NCBI RefSeq assembly: GCF_030028105.1
Contig: NC_092373.1
Span: 45,750,699 to 45,814,698, forward strand
DNA length: 64,000 nt
From: Mobula birostris
Taxonomy: Eukaryota
Direction of reading: 5' to 3'
Made by a program: the position numbers and the translations under genes. The notes beneath the pieces were generated by a model. It was not told where the DNA came from, searched no databases, and saw only the letters and a program-made list of their open reading frames with translations. Positions 50,611-62,079 of the stretch are shown here, piece by piece (position 1 is the first letter of the stretch; each line of letters begins with the position of its first letter).

Positions 50611-52550
50611 GCAGATGTTTTCATAACATTTAGTGTATCAGTAATGTCCCTTTAAAAATTATCCAGCTGTACCATTAAAAGTACTAAATGTGATAGAAAT
50701 CTGTGGTTCTCTGTGTTTCTTTCCTATTATTGTTCCATTTCTTGCTTATTTTGCCAACAATATGAATATTTCAACTTCTTGACCTGGTTGCTGTCAGTTT
50801 TGTTCTCAACGTTTCAGCTTGGATTGCACTTCAGAGAGCTGGGCAACATTCTCTAAAGTGAGCCAACATCAGATTGTGAAGGTTTTCAATAAACATTCAT
50901 CAGAGTAATGAAAATGTTGTGCTCTCAGCCATGTGACTTTACTCAGCCAAAGGCCGTCAGCAGTTTGGGGGGGGGAGTTCTTTCTGACTTCTACCCTGAT
51001 CCAAAATGAACACTCATTTTCAGCGTTGCTTAAGTCTTCCAGCCAATTCCAGGGAGTTCACGACACTCAACGTAGCCATTTGGTTTTCCAAGCCTTGTTA
51101 AAATAGAGTAATAGAACACTACAGAAACAGACCCTTCAGCCTATCTAGCTGATGCCAAACTATTATTCTGCCATTTTATTTTATCTTTTTCAATATGCCA
51201 TCAAAGTTTGCTCATCGTTTTAGGTCACAAACATGAGGAAATCTGCAGATGCTGGAAATTCAAGCAACACACATTAAAGTTTCTGGTGAACGCAGCAGGC
51301 CAGGCAGCATCTCTAGGAAGAGGTACAGTCGACGTTTCGGGCCGAGACCCTTCGCCAGGACTAACTGAAGTAAGAGCTAGTAAGAGGTTTGAAAGTGGGA
51401 GGGGGAGGGGGAGATCCAAAATGATAGGAGAAGACAGGAGGGGGAGGGATGGAGCCAAGAGCTGGACAGGTGATTGGCAAAAGGGATATGAGAGGATCAT
51501 GGGACAGGAGGCCCAGGGAGAAAGAAAAGGGTGGAGGGAGGGGAAAACCCAGAGGATGGGCAAGAGGTATATTCAGAGGGACAGAGGGAGAAAAAGGAGA
51601 GTGAGAGAAAGAATGTGTGCATAAAAATAAGTAACAGATGGGGTGCGAGGGAGAGGTGGGGCCTAGCGGAAGTTAGAGAAGTCAATGTTCATGCCATCAG
51701 GTTGGAGGCTACCCAGACGGACTATAAGGTGTTCCTCCAACCTGAGTGTGGCTTCATCTTTACAGTAGAGGAGGCCGTGGATAGACATATCAGAAGGGGA
51801 TTAAAACGTGTGGCCACTGGGAGATCCGGCTTTCTCTGGCGGACAGAGCGTAGGTGTCCAGCGAAACGATCTCCCAGTCTGCATCGGGTCTCTCCATTAT
51901 ATATAAGGCCACATCGGGAGCACCGGACGCAGTATATCACCCCAGCCGACTCACAGATGAAGTGTCACCTCACCTGGAAAGACTGTCTGGGGCCCTGAAT
52001 GGTGTTAAGGGGGGAAGTGTAAGGGCATGTGTAGCACTTGTTCCGCTTACAAGGATAAGTGCCAGGAGGGAGATCGGTGGGGAGGGATGGGGGGGAACGA
52101 ATGTACAAGGGAGTCGCGTAGGGAGCGATCCCTGTGGAAAGCAGAGGGGGGGGAGGGAAAGATGTGCTTAATGGTGGGATCCCGTTGGAGCAACACTCAC
52201 ACCACGCTGGAGGAACTCAGCAGGTCAGGCAGCATCCGTGGAAAAGACCGGTCGACGTTTCCAGCCGGAACCCTTCATCAGGACTGTAGGGAGAAGGGGC
52301 AGAGGCCCTATAAAGAAGGTGGGGGGAGGATGGGAAGGAGAAGGCTGGTAGGTTCCAGATGAAAATCCAGTAAGGGGAAAGATAAAGGGGTGGGTAAAGA
52401 GAGGCAGGGAGGTGATAGGCAGGAAAAGGGAAGAAAGAATAGGGGAAAACACAATGGGTAGTAGAAGGAGACAGAACCAAGAGGGAGGTGGTAGGCAGCT
52501 GGGGGAGGGAGCAGAGTGACATAGGGATAGGGGCAGGGAGGGGGAGGGAA

Positions 52551-53282
52551 TTACCGGAAGTTGGAGAATTCTATGTTCATACCAAGGGGCTGGAGCCTAT
52601 CTGGAGGGTATATGAGGTGTTGCTCCTCCAACCTGAGTTTAGCCTCATCATGGCAGTAGAGGAGGCCATGTATGGACATATCTGAATGAGAGTGGGAAGC
52701 AGAGTTGAAGTGGGTGGCTACTGGGAGATCCTGTCTGTTTTGGTAGACGGAGCGGAGGTGCTCGACGAAGCGGTCCCCCAATCTGCGTCGGGTTTCACCG
52801 ATATAGAGGAGGCCGCACCGGGAGCACCGGGTGCAATAGTTGACCCCAACAGACTCACAAGTGAAGTGTTGCCTTTCTTGGAAGTACTGTTTGTGGCCCT
52901 GAATGGTGGCAAAAGAGGAGGCGTAGTGACAGGTGTAGCACTTGCACTTACAGGGATAAATGCCAGGTGGGAGATCCGTGAGGAGGGACGTGTGGACCAG
53001 GGAGTCGCGGAGGGACGGATTCCTGCGGAAGGCAGAGAGGGGTGGAGAGGGAAAGATGTGCTTAGTGGTGGAGTCCTGTTGGAGGTGGCGGAAGTTGCGG
53101 AGGATAACGTGCTGGATCCGAAGGCTGGCGAGGTGGTAGGTGAGGACAAGGGGAACTCTGTCCCTGTTGTGGTGGCGGGAGGATGGGGTGAGAGCCGAAG
53201 TGCGGGAAATGGAGGAGATGCGGGTGAGGGCATCATTGATGACAGCAGAAGGGAAACCACGATCCTTAAAGAAAGAGGACAT
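52551..53282 (-). pseudogene. PLE family B ORF C-terminus (RT thumb/linker plus GIY-YIG), 243 aa open
   Basis: RVPLVLTYH, CKCYTC, HFTCESVGVNYCTRCSRCGLLYIGETRRRLGDRFVEH, LEEQHLI. Confidence 0.85.
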
Positions 53283-53744
53283 TTGAGAAGTCCTGGAACA
53301 GAAAACCTCATCCTCGGAGCAGATGCGGCAGAGACGGAGGAACTGGGAATAGGGAATGGCGTTTTTGCATGTGGCGGAGTGGGAAGAGGTATAGTTGAGG
53401 TAGTTATGAGGGTCAGGTATACCGTCCAGGTAGTCTCCAGCCCCTTGGTATGAACATAGAATTCTCCAACTTCCGGTAATTCCCTCCCCCGCCCTGCCCC
53501 TATCCCTATGTCACTCTGCCCCCTCCCCCAGCTGCCTACCACCTCCCTCTTGGTTCCGCCTTCTTCTACTACCCATTGTGTTTTCCCCTATTCTTTCTTC
53601 ACCTTTCCTGCCTATCACCTCCCTGCCTCCCTTCCCCCACCCCTTTATCTTTTCCCTTACTGGATTTTCACCTGGAACCTACAGGCCTTCTCCTTCCCAC
53701 CCTCCCCCCACCTTCTTTATAGGGCCTCTGCCCCTTCCCCCTAC

Positions 53745-53780
53745 AGTCCTGACGAAGAGTTCCGGCTCGAAACGTCACCC
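53745..53780 (+). ncRNA. Minimal hammerhead motif, PLE family B
   Basis: AGUC-CUGACGA-A-GAGU-UCCG-GCUC-GAAA-CG-UC; stem I 3' strand damaged. Partner copy at 52250-52285 (minus). Confidence 0.65.
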
Positions 53781-54236
53781 GAGTTTTTCCACGGATGCTG
53801 CCTGACCTGCTGAGTTCCTCCAGCGTGTTGTGAGTGTTGCTTTGACCCCAGCATCTGCAGATTATTTTGTGTTTGGGATCCCGTTGGAGGTGGCGGAAGT
53901 CACAGAAAATTATATGTTGGACCCGGAGGTTGGTGGGGTGATAGGTGAGGACAGGGGGAACCCTATTCCTAGTGGGGTGGCGGGAGGATGCAGTGAGAGC
54001 AGATGTACGTGAAATGGGGAGATGCGTTTGAGAGCAGAGTTGATAGTGGAGGAAAGGAAGCCCCTTTCTTTAAAAAAGGAGGACACCTCCCTCATCCTGG
54101 AATGAAAAGCCTCATCCTGAGAGCAGATGCGGCGGAGACAGAGGAATTGCGAGAAGGGGATGCAATTTTTGCAAGAGACAGGGTGAGAAGAGGAATAGTC
54201 CAGTTTTAGGTTCTACTTGCGTATTATTTTGTCTGT

Positions 54237-54495
54237 CTTTATTTAAATACAGATACAGAATGGTAATAGGCCCTTCCGGTCCAATGAGCCCAGACCACCC
54301 AATTATATCCATGTGACCAATTAGCCTACTAATCCCTACATCTTTGGAATGTGAGAGGAAGCCCAAGTAGTGGGAGGACACTCATGCATTCACGGGGTGA
54401 AGGTACAAGCCCCTTACAGATGGTGGCAGAACTGGACCCAGGTTGCTGTCACTATAATAATGTTGGGCTAACAATTATGCTTATCACTGTGCCAC
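54237..54495 (-). mobile_element. V-SINE / HE1-like SINE
   Basis: Same layout as 7795-8061. Confidence 0.65.
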
Positions 54496-55842
54496 TGAAA
54501 CATGAAACTATATTCCTCTCAGCACCCCCTTCCGACCCAACCCCACGTCACCTTTGCTAGTGCAGAAGGACAGAGAGTTACCTACTATTAATTGCTGCAA
54601 CATGGAAGGGCTTGGATTAGCCAGTTAAGGATGGTGGAATATGTCACTTTATAACGGAGCACAAAAGACAGGCATAATGTAACCACCTCACAACTAGTAT
54701 GTGGCCCACAGCTGAGTTTTATGTACGAGCATGGGCGCCAAATTGAGACAGAATATGAATGCAAGGACGGATTGCAGAGGACTTTTACCAAGATAAGATC
54801 TACATAACGGAGAATATAGAGATGCAGGAATACAGATGGAATCTAGGGCACAAAGCAAGATGCTGGAGGCCAGGCCAGGACGTCAGGCCAGGCAGAATGT
54901 AACTGGGTGGCAGGATACACAGACCCTGAAGAAGCTAGCATTGTACTCCTTATAGGAACTAAGACTTTATAAGTTATGCAAAAGTGTGAACAGTGATGAT
55001 GGGCAAGTACTGTATGGAGACAGGTTTTCCCCGGCAAGTCAATCAGCAATTAAAGATCATGACTATAAAAATGAGTGGAAATAAGCTGTAATATTGTCAC
55101 ACAGAAGATTGTTATTATCTGGAACACACTACCTGTGAATGTGACATGATCCAAAGTGATTTTTAAAAGATAAATTGACATAAGGATTAATCTGAGGATT
55201 TAAAGAGATAAAGTTTGAGTGTGGGAAGAAACTGATTAGCCTTTTCACAGGACAGGTAAGGGGGAATGACTTGCTTTGCTGTTATTGTGAGAATTTATGA
55301 TACACCATTCATAGGATGATGCCTTTCTATGACTGATGAAAGATTACAGCACTAGCAGATGATTACACAACACGCTCAATAAAAAGTTACCAGGGCATAA
55401 AATTAAGTACTAATCCAGCATATCAAATTCCCTTCCCTACTCCATGATCTATTCCACTTCCATTGGGAAATCAGCTTACTTCATTGATAATGATTTAGGA
55501 AAATGTAGATTCCTTTCATACTAAATATATTAAGATGATTTAAAATATCTCCTCTTCTATTTTTGATAATCATTTTGGGATTTTGCATAACAACAAATAT
55601 TCCATTCCTCAGGCAAATTCAGCCATGGAGTGAAACAGAGAGTTCCTGATTGTGATGCATCATCACCTCCTCTCCTAGACTTTGGAAATCAGGAGTAGTA
55701 ACTTCCAGAAAGGAATGGAGGTGAAAAGTTTTATCATGTAGGTATTAAAAAGTACCAGGACGTACTATTTCTATTTCTATGTATCTCCTATCATTCTACT
55801 TCTCCTCTTGTTACACCGTTAAGGGGACATATTGCTTAAATT

Positions 55843-56020
55843 ATAAGACCATAAGACAAAGGAGCAGAATTAGATCATCTGGCCCATTGAGTCTGCTCCG
55901 CCATTCCATCATGGCAGAATTATTATCCTTTTCAACCTCATTCACCTATCTTCTCCCTGTAATCTTTGACACCCTGATTAATCAAGAACCCCTGCCTTCA
56001 GTATACCCAATGACTTGGCC
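55843..56020 (-). mobile_element. CR1 3' terminal fragment
   Basis: ataagaccataagacaaaggagcagaattag...gagtctgctccgccatt matches the reverse complement of 48960-49100. Confidence 0.8.
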
Positions 56021-58504
56021 TGCAAACTGTAGGTTGCACCATTGATCCAGAGATACAATTTCAAATCCCATTAAGGCAGCTAGGGAATTTAAATTCAAGT
56101 AAGTAATGACATCAGGAATTACAAAAAATAGTCGTAACAATAATGGCAATTACAAAGCTACTTCAATATTACAAAAGCCTACCCTATTCGCTTATGACAG
56201 ATAGGAAATCTGCCTTCCTTACACAGTCAGACCTGGATGTGACTTCGGACCCAATAAGTGATGGACTCTTTACTGCTTTTCAGTTCTTTGGCAACAAGGG
56301 ATGGATATTGAACGTTGGTGATGTCAACAAATGTAAAAAATGTTGAAAGAGAATATTTTCTGATTTAGTTAAGTGTTTTGTAGAATTTCATTTTTACAAT
56401 AACAATTTTAAATCAAAGCACCCACTTAATTTTATACCTATTCACAGCATTAAAATTGTGTAACACTTCCTTCCCAAACTACTAAGATAAGAAACAAAAC
56501 ACAATAGTTATCCACTTAGGCTAGATTTTAATTTTTACTTGACGACACAAGATGTTGCTGTGCAATGTTAAATATAAAAGCTAAGACGGGGCTTCAGGTC
56601 ACAGTTCACTTTCACCCAAGGCACATGGTTTTATAACAGTATTGGATTACTATCTGAAACTAATGAGATGTAAAAGCACAGCATTAACAATGGTTTATTT
56701 CTAGAAAGGACACAATGTCGGTACCTTTCAATACATGAAAGATGATTCTGTTCTTGAATTTTTATTTTAATTTGCGTTGCTAAATTAAATCTATGCACCA
56801 ATAAAATGTCTGCTTCATAAAAGGAGCTTGAAATTAATATGACTTCATAATTCCACAAAAGTTAGCAGGTGCATTCAATTTTCTAAAGTGCTGTTTTAAT
56901 CCAATTGGTGCTTCACTTTGAAGAGGGCACATTGAACAGTCAGACACAAGGGGCAATTTCTGTTCATTCCATTCTCAACAATGACTGGAAGTTTCCAAGA
57001 AGTATGCAAGTCATGTGCTGTATTGGACAGAGCATTATTTACATTCCATTTAGTTAAGTAAAGGTTAGCGAGGTCATCATGGTCCTCAACTCAGTATCTC
57101 TAACTAATTGATATTAGTTATGAAACATTAAACAGTAAGTCCAAGGTAATATAGCACTTCCATTCTGACGAATACCGTTTTTCTTTTGTTTGAGGGAGAT
57201 AACACCTGATTTATTATAATTCATTGTTGGCAATGGCAACAAGATTCTGAAAAAAAAATACTTCTTTTATTTTCATTTAAATTACCACCTTATCCTTTTC
57301 TTTGCAATCAAATGCAATTTCTAAACATTTCTTATATACTGTATCTTCCGACAAAACCGATGGATGAATGCGTCCAGTAAATGGGAACTATTCAGTCATG
57401 TAGCAATGAAGATTACAATAACTGATTAAATTTCTTGCATGTTAATATACACTATATAATCAAAGCTAACTTTGCAGAATGCCCTAGTTTTTTTGCGAAC
57501 TTTTAGTATGTAATTTATAACAAATTGGAGCTTTCCTTGATTCCTATATAAACCAATCTTTTTCAGTTTTTCTGATTATGCTAAGCCTATATGTTTGGTA
57601 GTTTTACTGTTTGCTTTTTTAAAATCCTTGATGTTATTTGAAAGGATCAAATGGTCTCTGATTCTCTAAGCAAGTGGGTGTTTAGAGGACAAATGAGGTT
57701 ACCAGCTGAATCACTGTCAATTTTCCCGGCTGTCAATATTACCCCTTAGGAACAGGTTTGCTATTCTACATGGACTGCACCACAGCTGAGCTATTGAAAA
57801 ATGGCACCAGAGGGTCTCATTTTCTGTCTAATAAATCAAGGACAGTCTGCCTCTATGTGTTAGGCAGGTCACGGCTATAATCTCCCACAGGAGCTTCAAC
57901 TGTAGTGAATTTGATGCTGCCTTACATTAAGCAGTCTAACATTATGCAGTTTCTTTAGTAAATGTGATATAAACAAATATTTTCTTCAATTCTTCTGGTA
58001 TATTTTCACGTTACCAGCCACAACTTGCATCTAGAGACACACTTTGAAACATTTGATAGAAGCATAAATCCAACAGAAACTGGCATAAACTAGAGAATTA
58101 GCTATAGCTAAGGAGATTTTTTTTGGAAGTGAGGGGGTTGGAGAGAGTAAAGGGCTCTCCAGGCTAATGTCTGCAACACTGGGTGTAGAGATTGATGGTT
58201 AGTAGCAGAAATATGCTTGAATAGAATACATCCTTAATTCCTCTACAATTTAATGCATAAATAGAAAATGACATGAATAATCCTTTCTTCCTTTCCTTCT
58301 GTTCAACAAGCCAAGTATTGTTCAGGGTCCTTTTAGTTGTGTTTACTGTAAATTGCAATGATTTCATTCAGACATTTAAGCTCTTTTTAGATAGAAAAAT
58401 ATACAGTCTGGAATTTGTGTTAGGCTATGTGTCAGATGCTAATTGAGGTTACTGAAAAATTTGCAGGAGAAGGAAACTGCTGAGAGGATCATCAGGGCCT
58501 TTCT

Positions 58505-58965
58505 TTCAACCATCCAAGATACTTAGCAGGAGCATCACGTAAGCAAGGCCCTTAGCATTATCAAGGATCCCGCCCATCTGTCACACAATAACTTTGATCC
58601 CCTACCATCAGGACGGAGGTACCATAGCAATAGGTCAAGGACTGTTAGGATGGGAAACAGCTTTTTTCTCCTGGCCTTGAAACTACTGAATTTCCTGCCA
58701 CCACCCAGGTCTCATCACCAATGAACCACCAGTAGTGTTAAACAGATTACTTCTGACTTATATTGTAAATGGATCTTAGGCTAAACATTAATCTTCTGGA
58801 ATGTGTTTTATTATTTGTTAATTTATTTATGGTAATGTTACTTTATGCATTGCGCGTGGGTTATATTTACTACGCTGTACCCCTTGGTCTGGAAGAACAT
58901 TGTTTCGTTTGGCAGTATACGTGTACATGGTTGAATTATAATAAAAATGAACGTGGACTTGAAAT
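58505..58965 (+). mobile_element. Rex1/Babar-like LINE 3' fragment
   Basis: agcattatcaaggatccc..ccatc; ctaccatcaggacggaggtac; aacagctttttt; followed by a 3' UTR with aataaa. Confidence 0.6.
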
Positions 58966-59030
58966 AAGCAACACACATCAAAGTTGCTGGTGAACGCAGC
59001 AGGCCAGGCAGCATCTGTAGGAAGAGGTGC

Positions 59031-59066
59031 AGTCGACGTTTCAGGCCGAGACTCTTCGTCAGGACT
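59031..59066 (-). ncRNA. Minimal type I hammerhead ribozyme motif (core intact)
   Basis: AGUC-CUGACGA-A-GAGU-CUCG-GCCU-GAAA-CG-UC-GACU; stem II has one mismatch. Confidence 0.75.
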
Positions 59067-59630
59067 AACTGAAGGAAGAGTGAGTAAGGGATTTGAAAGT
59101 TGGAGGGGGAGGGGGAGATCCAAAATGATAGGAGAAGACAGGAGGGGGAGGGATAGAGCCAAGAGCTGGACAGGTGATAGGCAAAAGGGGATACGAGAGG
59201 ATCATGGGACAGGAGGTCCGGGAAGAAAGACAAGCGGGGGGGGGGGACCCAGAGGATGGGCAAGAGGTATATTCAGAGGGACAGAGGGAGAAAAAGGAGA
59301 GTGAGAGAAAGAATGTGTGCATAAAAATAAGTAACAGATGGGGTAGGAGGGGGAGGTGGGGCCTTAGCGGAAGTTAGAGAAGTCGACGTTCATGCCATCA
59401 GGTTGGAGGCTACCCAGACGGAATATAAGGTGTTGTTCCTCCAACCTGAGTGTGGCTTCATCTTTACAGTAGAGGAGGCCGTGGATAGACATGTCAGAAT
59501 GGGAATGGGATGTGGAATTAAAATGTGTGGCCACTGGGAGATCCTGCTTTCTCTGGCGGACAGAGCGTAGATGTTCAGCAAAGCGGTCTCCCAGTCTGCG
59601 TCGGGTCTCGCCAATATATAAAAGGCCACA

Positions 59631-60659
59631 TCAGGAGCACCGGACACAGTATATCACCCCAGTCGACTCACAGGTGAAGTGTTGCCTCACCTGGAAGGAC
59701 TGTTTGGGGCCCTGAATGGTGGTAAGGGAGGAAGTGTAAGGGCATGTGTAGCATTTGTTCTGCTTACACAGGTAAGTGCCAGGAGGGAGATCAGTGGGGA
59801 GGGATGGGGGGGACGAATGGACAATGGAGTTGCGTAGGGAACGATCCCTGCGGAATGCAGAGAGAGGGGGGGAGGGAAAGATGTGCTTAGTGGTGGGATC
59901 CCGTTGGAGGTGGCGGAAGTTACGGAGGATAATATGTTGGACCCGGAGGCTGGTGGGGCGGTAGGTGAGGACCAGGGGAACCCTATTCCTAGTGGGGTGG
60001 CGGGAGGATGGAGTGAGAGCAGATGTATGTGAAATGGGGGAGATACGTTTAAGAGCAGAGTTGACAGTGGAGGAAGGGAAGCCCCTTTCTTTAAAAAAGG
60101 AGGACATCTCCCTCGTCCTAGAATGAAAAGCCTCATCCTGAGAGCAGATGCGGCGGAGACGGAGGAATTGCGAGAAGGGGATGGCGTTTTTGCAAGAGAC
60201 AGGGTGAGAAGAGGAATAGTCCAGATAGCTGTGAGAGTCAGTAGGCTTATAGTAGACATCAGTGGATAAGCTGTCTCCAGAGACAGAGACAGAAAGACCT
60301 AGAAAGGGGAGGAAGGTGTCGGAAATGGACCAGGTAAACTTGAGGGCAGGGTGAAAGTTGGAGGCAAAGTTAATAAAGTCAACGAGTTCTGCATGCGTGC
60401 AGGAAGCAGCACTAATGCAGTCGTTGATGTAGCGAAGGAAAAATGGGGGACAGATACCAGAATAGGCATGGAACATACATTGTTCCACAAACCCAACAAA
60501 AAGGCAGGCATAGCTAGGACCCATACGGGTGCCCATAGCTACACCTTTAGTTTGGAGGAAGTGGGAGGAGCCAAAGGAGAAATTATTAAGAGTAAGGACT
60601 AATTCCGCTAGACGGAGCAGAGTGGTGGTAGAGGGGAACTGATTAGGTCTGGAATCCAA
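59631..60659 (-). pseudogene. PLE reverse transcriptase remnant (342 aa open segment)
   Basis: PLE-type RT motifs QTKGVAMG, RYI(D>N)D and YYKPTD, running into the Cys linker and the GIY motif. Confidence 0.88.
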
Positions 60660-62079
60660 AAAAAGCGTAGAGCTTTGAGACCTTCCTGATGGGGGATGGA
60701 AGTATACAAGGACTGGACATCCATGGTGAAAATAAAGCGGTGGGGGCCAGGGAACTTAAAATCATCGAAAAGTTTAAGAGCGTGAGAAGTGTCACGAACA
60801 TAGGTAGGAGGAGATTGAACAAGGGGGGATAAAGCCATGTCGAGATATGCAGAAACGAGTTCGGTGGGGCAGGAGCAAGCTGAGACAATAGGTCGGCCAG
60901 GACAGGTAGGTTTGTGGATCTTGGGTAGGAGGTAGAAACGGGAAGTGTGAGGTGTGGGAACTATAAGGTTGGTAGCAGTGGATGGGAGATCCCCTGAGCG
61001 GATAAAGCTGGACTTGAAATTGTTGGTCTACTCCCAGCAATTGTTGTTTTAAGTTTACAATCTAGACTACCTGTGCGTGAACATATTGGGAATACTCAGC
61101 ATTTCAGCCAACTTTCATGAAGACAGAAATTGCTACTTGCACAGTGAGTGGCGCTCCAGCAGGAATACACCTGACACCTGTGCTCATAGGTCTCCAGCAG
61201 TTATTTTCTTCTGGGAAATATATTCTCTTCCAACCTGGCATACCTCATAATACCTACATTACCAGTTGAGCAGGCTTTCTGAGGCAGGACACTCCTATAA
61301 AATCCATGTCAAAGCCTCCAGTAGTTTGCATCCAAGTGATTTGTAGCTATCATGTCTTCGGCATGCATGGGACCAACAAAATCCACTTACAAGATCCACC
61401 TGATTCAGCTACCAAGATTAAGCGTAGTCCAACCTTATTATTTCTATGGGTCTGATCTGTGCTTGCAATTTGGAATTTTCTCCTGAGCAAACTGCCTCAC
61501 ATTTTTAAGCAAAATTTCTATACTGCTGGCCATCTTGCCTGGTTCTACTGATGTTAAATTCAGCATATTGAAGAACTTCAATTGAATTCTCTCATTTGCC
61601 ATTCTGTACATAGAATTAACTTGCCACACTTAATCCAAAAAAAGAGAAAATTGCCCCTTTTTAAGGGGTCTTTATCTAGGCCACCTCTTCACTAATCAAT
61701 CCCTCAGATCCCTGGTTGCATGAGTCATATCTACAGTACTCAAAAAATCTCTGAAGGTGCTGAGTTAAGCTGTCCTTTCAAGGTCTTCACAATTTCCACT
61801 AATGAGATCTCACCTATGTCAGTAGCAATAATGGACTGCCAACATCTTGTAATCATTGAGCTCACTGCCAGCAACAGTTTGTTTTTCTCATGTATGCCGC
61901 TCTGTTTTCTGGAACTGTGACAATGCATTCTTTTTTTTTACCTTCAAGAGCATTTTTGCTCATCCTACACCAAGGACAATAGTGGTGGCTCTTGAGCTCA
62001 CAACGTGCTTGCCACTTTCACTGCCATCCTCACAACTGATGAATGTGTGATTTCTGTTTACTTCACAGTGAATCACTCA

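Larger units (their letters stand above)
52191..53873. mobile_element. PLE family B, inverted two-armed insertion: minus arm 52191-~53415, plus arm ~53416-53873
   Basis: 16-bp TSD tgggatcccgttggag at 52175-52190 and 53874-53889; pLTR distinct from family A; arms 52191-~52610 and ~53418-53839 are reverse complements. Confidence 0.93.
51226..54202 (-). mobile_element. PLE family A (51226-52190 and 53874-54202) interrupted by a family B PLE
   Basis: GIY-YIG and pLTR on minus; 9-bp TSD gttttaggt at 51217-51225 and 54203-54211. Confidence 0.92.
58966..61008 (-). mobile_element. PLE family A, longest copy (most of RT, GIY-YIG, pLTR), frameshifted
   Basis: FTMDVQSLYTSIP, FLQTKGVAMGTRMGPSYACLFVG, RYIND (YxDD decayed), GIY-YIG; 12-bp TSD tggacttgaaat at 58954-58965 and 61009-61020. 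Confidence 0.95.

Noticed and set aside
52686-53542. 255-aa and 274-aa ORFs overlapping PLE family B
   Set aside because: Antisense and alternative frames of a GC-rich PLE coding region.
58966-61008. Autonomous active PLE
   Set aside because: 5' truncated and frameshifted, and the catalytic YxDD reads YIND.
2181-61020. Sequence-specific PLE target site
   Set aside because: The eight TSDs (9-16 bp) share no clear consensus beyond most being AT-rich.
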